A DNA stretch of 63,173 nt, filler included, from Deltaproteobacteria bacterium (GTDB lineage: Bacteria; JACQOV01), in NCBI GenBank assembly GCA_016202395.1. It is 4 parts of 4 records of this genome, joined end to end, with 100 filler letters (N's around TTAATTAATTAA, not from the genome) between each part and the next. Parts side by side here need not be neighbours in the genome. Positions count along the whole stretch, not along the records: positions 59,795 to 63,173 come from JACQOV010000088.1; 3 more parts are not named here. One strand, 5' to 3'. This document shows positions 59,695 to 63,173 of the stretch, piece after piece; the stretch's first letter is position 1, and every line of letters begins with the position of its first letter. The position numbers were made by a program, and so were the translations under genes. The notes below the pieces were generated by a model. It did no database searches. It saw only the letters and a list, made by a program, of their open reading frames with translations, and was not told the DNA's origin.

Positions 59695-59794
59695 NNNNNN
59701 NNNNNNNNNNNNNNNNNNNNNNNNNNNNNNNNNNNNNNTTAATTAATTAANNNNNNNNNNNNNNNNNNNNNNNNNNNNNNNNNNNNNNNNNNNN
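59695..59794. other. Artificial contig linker
   Basis: N run with TTAATTAATTAA. Confidence 0.98.
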
Positions 59795-59872
59795 TGCGGG
59801 CTTTTTGTTCATCTTCCTTGTCTCGGCTCAGATCCTGTTTTTTCGTGACGAACATAGTTTTTAGAGGTGCCC
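59795..59872 (-). mobile_element. MITE-like element with GGGCACCTCTAAAAAC end (partial), supplies the trmD stop
   Basis: Reverse complement closely matches about 24222-24299. Confidence 0.72.
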
Positions 59873-60583
59873 CTTAAGAAACTCTAGATCCTCGGAACTG
59901 AGCCGATCCGGACGGATCAGATCCGGACGGCGTTCTAACGTAAGCCGAAGGGCCTCCCGCCGACGCCACCTCTCAATCTTTCGATGATCTCCTTCCAACA
60001 ACGCCTCTGGGACTTCCAAACCTCGATACTCCCGAGGGCGCGTGTACTGTGGATACTTTAACAACCCCGAACTGAAGGAGTCCTCTGCAACCGAATCGGG
60101 ATCCCCAACAACCCCCGGCAAATAGCGAGCCACCGCCTCCACTACCACCATCGCCGCCACCTCCCCCCCCATCAACACATAGTCGCCAATCGAGATCTCC
60201 TGATCGACAACCAGTTTCGTAACGCGTTCATCGACCCCTTCATAACGACCACAGATCAAAAGGAGCTGTTGGAACGCACTTAACTCCCGAGCCATCGGCT
60301 GAGAGAAAAGCTCTCCCCGAGGGGTTAGTAAAACTGCGCGACCTTTAAGTTTTTCAAGCCGATGCGCCTCCACAGCCTCTACCACCGGTTCCGGCTTGAG
60401 AACCATTCCAACCCCCCCGCCAAAGGGGGTGTCGTCCGTCACTCGATGCTTCCCTGAAGCATACCCTCTAATATCCACAACATCAACCTTCAACAACCCT
60501 TGCTCCACCGCTTTCCCTATAAGGCTCTCCTCCAAAAAACCTCGAAAAATCTGAGGGAACAAAGTTAAAATGGTGACGCGCAT
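59861..60583 (-). CDS. trmD: tRNA (guanine-N1)-methyltransferase
   Basis: DDTPFGGGVGM, CGRYEGVDER, SIGDYVLMGGE, PQYTRP. Confidence 0.96.
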   Translation of the reverse strand: MRVTILTLFPQIFRGFLEESLIGKAVEQGLLKVDVVDIRGYASGKHRVTDDTPFGGGVGMVLKPEPVVEAVEAHRLEKLKGRAVLLTPRGELFSQPMARELSAFQQLLLICGRYEGVDERVTKLVVDQEISIGDYVLMGGEVAAMVVVEAVARYLPGVVGDPDSVAEDSFSSGLLKYPQYTRPREYRGLEVPEALLEGDHRKIERWRRREALRLTLERRPDLIRPDRLSSEDLEFLKGHL

Positions 60584-60610
60584 CTCAAAAGTCCCTAGTT
60601 CTTAAGGATA

Positions 60611-60847
60611 CTAGACGATCTTCTCACGCTTCAAGATCTGCCCCAACGTCTGACTTGGCTGCGCCCCCTTCTCAATCCAATGACGGATCCGGTCGGCCTT
60701 CAACCGAACAGGGCTCTTCCCTCGAGGATCAAAGGTTCCCAGAAGTTCTAAAAACTTCCCATCCCGAGGGCGCTCCGAATCGATGGCCACAATGCGATAG
60801 TGCGGGGTTTGTTTGGTTCCACCTCTTGAGAGTCGTATCTTTACCAT
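60611..60847 (-). CDS. rpsP: 30S ribosomal protein S16
   Basis: MVKIRLSRGG, YRIVAID..RDG, GAQPS. Confidence 0.95.
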   Translation of the reverse strand: MVKIRLSRGGTKQTPHYRIVAIDSERPRDGKFLELLGTFDPRGKSPVRLKADRIRHWIEKGAQPSQTLGQILKREKIV

Positions 60848-60863
60848 AATTCTTCTATCCTTT

Positions 60864-62183
60864 CTAAATTCCTTGAAGTAACCTTTGAAATTTCCCTTTT
60901 TTCATCTGATTCAACATTTTTTGCATCTGTTCAAAGCGATTCAAAAGTCGATTGACATCCGTCACGGTGGTTCCACTCCCTTTTGCGATTCGACGACGAC
61001 GGGAGCCGTTAAGAACCTTTGGCCTTCTCCGCTCCAACACCGTCATGGAATCGACAATGGCTACCGTGCCGCGAAGCTCTTTTTCCACATCGGGCGGCTG
61101 ACTGGGCATCGACGGAATCAGAGATTTTGGAAGCATTCCAAGCAATTTCTGCATCGGCCCCATCTTTCGAAACTCAACCAGTTGATCGCGAAAATCCTCA
61201 AGTGTAAATGGATTGCTTTTCAGCTTTTCTTCGAGTCCCCTCGCCTTCTCTTGAGAAACCGCCTCTTGAGCCTTCTCCATAAGACCCGAAAGATCTCCCA
61301 TCCCCAAAATGCGAGAGGCCAAGCGATCGGGATAAAAAACCTCCAACTCCTCCACTTTCTCTCCCACCCCCATGAAATAGATCGGCTTCTCTAAGGTGGC
61401 TCGAAGAGAGAGAGCCGCTCCTCCTCGCGCGTCCCCATCCATTTTAGTGAGAACGATCCCCGTAATCCCTATCGCTTCGCGAAACCCTTTTGCGACAGAA
61501 AGGGCCACTTGCCCTGTCATCCCATCGAGAACCAGAAGGACCTCTTGGGGCTGGATCGCTCGACAGATCTCCTGAAGCTCCTCGATGAGATGAGAGTCTA
61601 TCTCCATCCGCCCCGCAGAATCAACAAGAACGACATCGGCCCCTTCCCCTTCCGCCTCTTCTAAAGCTTGGCGACAAACTTTCTTAAACTTCAAAGATCC
61701 ATCGTAGGGAAAAACCGGCACGTTAATCTTCTTTCCTAAAACCTGTAACTGCTCGGTAGCCGCAGGACGTCGAGGATCGATGGGAACCAGATAAGGATGC
61801 CTCCCCTTCTTTTGCAGATATCGAGCCAGCTTGGCCGTTGTCGTTGTCTTCCCTGAACCTTGAAGCCCCACGAGAAGGATCGTTTTTCGACCTGAGCCGG
61901 GCTCTAGCTCCACAGGTTCTTTTCCTAAAACCGAGATCAGTTCTTCATAAACAATCTTAATGAACTGCTCAGCGGGGGTAAAACTCTCTCCCACCTCTTT
62001 TCCAATGGCTCGTTCTCGCACCGAAGCAAGCCAATCTTTAACCACACTATAGTGGACATCAGCCTCTAGAAGGTTGCGACGGATCTCCACCAACGCCTCA
62101 TCGATGGTCCGCTCCGAGAGTTTCCCATAGCCTCGAAGACGGCCAAAAACAGACCCAAATCCTTCTGTAAGCTTCTCAAACAT
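60864..62183 (-). CDS. ffh: Signal recognition particle protein Ffh
   Basis: GLQGSGKTT, DSAGR, TKMDGDARGG, SRRRRIAKGSG. Confidence 0.96.
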   Translation of the reverse strand: MFEKLTEGFGSVFGRLRGYGKLSERTIDEALVEIRRNLLEADVHYSVVKDWLASVRERAIGKEVGESFTPAEQFIKIVYEELISVLGKEPVELEPGSGRKTILLVGLQGSGKTTTTAKLARYLQKKGRHPYLVPIDPRRPAATEQLQVLGKKINVPVFPYDGSLKFKKVCRQALEEAEGEGADVVLVDSAGRMEIDSHLIEELQEICRAIQPQEVLLVLDGMTGQVALSVAKGFREAIGITGIVLTKMDGDARGGAALSLRATLEKPIYFMGVGEKVEELEVFYPDRLASRILGMGDLSGLMEKAQEAVSQEKARGLEEKLKSNPFTLEDFRDQLVEFRKMGPMQKLLGMLPKSLIPSMPSQPPDVEKELRGTVAIVDSMTVLERRRPKVLNGSRRRRIAKGSGTTVTDVNRLLNRFEQMQKMLNQMKKGKFQRLLQGI

Positions 62184-62210
62184 AAAGGTAAACTCCAGCT
62201 AAACCTGTAA

Positions 62211-62239
62211 AATATATAGGCTAAAAATCTACCTGTCAA
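62211..62239 (-). promoter_or_regulatory. Sigma-70 promoter of ffh
   Basis: TTGACA-17 nt-TATATT. Confidence 0.55.
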
Positions 62240-62321
62240 TGGAGCTTTGACACTCGCTTTGACTTCCAATAACTTGCTAATCTTTGTCTCGTGTTGTATT
62301 TTGTAGGCGTAGGTTGTGAAT

Positions 62322-62552
62322 ATGGCTATTACGAACCGAATCGAAATCAATCCCAATATTATGATGGGCAAGCCCGTCATCCGTGGAACGCGGATTCCAG
62401 TAGAGCTCATTCTTAGAAAACTGGGTGAAGGAGCAAAAGAAGAAGATTTATTGGATGGGTACCCCAATCTCACACCCGAAGATATTCAAGCAGCCATTGG
62501 ATATGCCGCTGAGACGCTAGCCCATGAAGAAACCTTTTTTGTCGGACGTTGA
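62322..62552 (+). CDS. DUF433 family antitoxin-like protein
   Basis: GKPVIRGTRIPV, YPNLTPEDIQAAIGYA. Confidence 0.9.
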   Translation: MAITNRIEINPNIMMGKPVIRGTRIPVELILRKLGEGAKEEDLLDGYPNLTPEDIQAAIGYAAETLAHEETFFVGR

Positions 62553-62566
62553 TACGGAAATAAAAC

Positions 62567-62926
62567 GTGCGTTTCCTAGCAGACGAAAGTTGTGATTTTG
62601 CGGTGGTTCGCGCCCTTCGTTTGGAAGGTCATGAGGTGCTAGCCGTTTCCGAAGTCGCACCAGGGGCCGAAGACTCCAAAGTGCTGCAACTCGCTCTCGC
62701 TGAATCAAGGATACTCCTCACAGAAGATAAAGATTTTGGTCAATTGGTGTACGCGCATCGTCAGAAGACCGCTGGTGTGATTTTTCTCCGCTATTCAGCT
62801 CCGGCTCGGCAAGAGATCGCAGAAGAAGTTGTCAACTTAGTAAAAAAACGAACAGGAAATTGGGTTGGAACCTTCACAGTGGTCCAACCAGGCCGAATTC
62901 GAATCGGTCAAGTTCCTGATGCGTAA
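62567..62926 (+). CDS. DUF5615 PIN-like toxin
   Basis: MRFLADE, RILLTEDKDFG. Confidence 0.88.
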   Translation: MRFLADESCDFAVVRALRLEGHEVLAVSEVAPGAEDSKVLQLALAESRILLTEDKDFGQLVYAHRQKTAGVIFLRYSAPARQEIAEEVVNLVKKRTGNWVGTFTVVQPGRIRIGQVPDA

Positions 62927-62945
62927 TGGTGATGTAGTGTTGACA

Positions 62946-63173
62946 CTCGCTCACGCAAGAAATTTTTGACCCATCTCAGGGAGGCAGGTCTCTGAACTCG
63001 CTAGCATCTCTCGCCTAACGGGCACTCCAAAAATTTTGTGAACGCCCGTTCAAAAAAAACATCCCAGTGAATCCGTCGAGCTTGAAAAAGGTGGAAAAGT
63101 TCATGGGAATGTTTTCTTGAGCGAACGTTGCAAGATTTTTGGGGTACCCCTCTTGGCGAAGGGAGCGTGCCCA
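62946..63173. repeat. Two copies (inverted, then direct and partial) of the palindromic element seen at the window start
   Basis: ATTTTTGGGGTACCCCTCTTGGCGAA shared with 1-26; GCAAGAAATTTTTGACCC mirrors GGGTCAAAAATCTTGC at 123-138. Confidence 0.7.

Noticed and set aside
59533-59742. Plus-strand ORF running into the gap
   Set aside because: The opposite strand encodes a recognisable integrase C-terminus.
24222-59872. Contig 1 end and contig 4 start as the two halves of one MITE
   Set aside because: Both show the same end of the element, with several differences, so they are separate copies.
1-63173. First 26 bases recur near the window end, suggesting a circular element or att sites
   Set aside because: The sequences diverge right after the shared 26 bp, lie on different contigs and belong to a dispersed repeat; the content is chromosomal housekeeping.

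Overview
Four assembly contigs (1-24336, 24437-54776, 54877-59694, 59795-63173) joined by artificial 100-nt N/TTAATTAATTAA/N linkers, so adjacency across linkers is not evidence of linkage. Gene content and order suggest a deltaproteobacteria-like bacterial genome, probably a MAG (inference). Contig 1 is mostly housekeeping: rpmE-prfA-prmC-murA-his operon, rpsU-yqeY-dnaG-rpoD-tRNA-Ile2, ispA-tlyA-rmuC-comF, a MenA-like/GMC/SDR operon and a second full-length RpoD paralogue. Contig 2 is accessory-rich. It holds three paralogous giant lipoprotein genes, each with the same upstream layout (GGGGTC REP-like end, CACAC dyad about 120 bp upstream, sigma-54 promoter), interleaved with a RAYT/Y1 tyrosine transposase. 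It also holds a TetR-etfBA-FeS oxidoreductase operon, a membrane-anchored PDZ/GAF sigma-54 activator between two more sigma-54-driven exported proteins, and a coupled operon of TIGR04282-like transferase, radical SAM-ArsM fusion, patatin and TIGR04283-like GT2 (candidate organoarsenic/arsenolipid pathway). Contig 3 has two PIN toxin-antitoxin pairs, a signal-peptide mini-Rhs, gshB and an IS481-like end. Contig 4 has ffh-rpsP-trmD and a DUF433/DUF5615 pair. Several families of short palindromic repeats are scattered throughout, one lying in-frame in the 5' end of prmC. No CRISPR array or rRNA was seen. Family assignments come from motif recognition by eye, not database searches.
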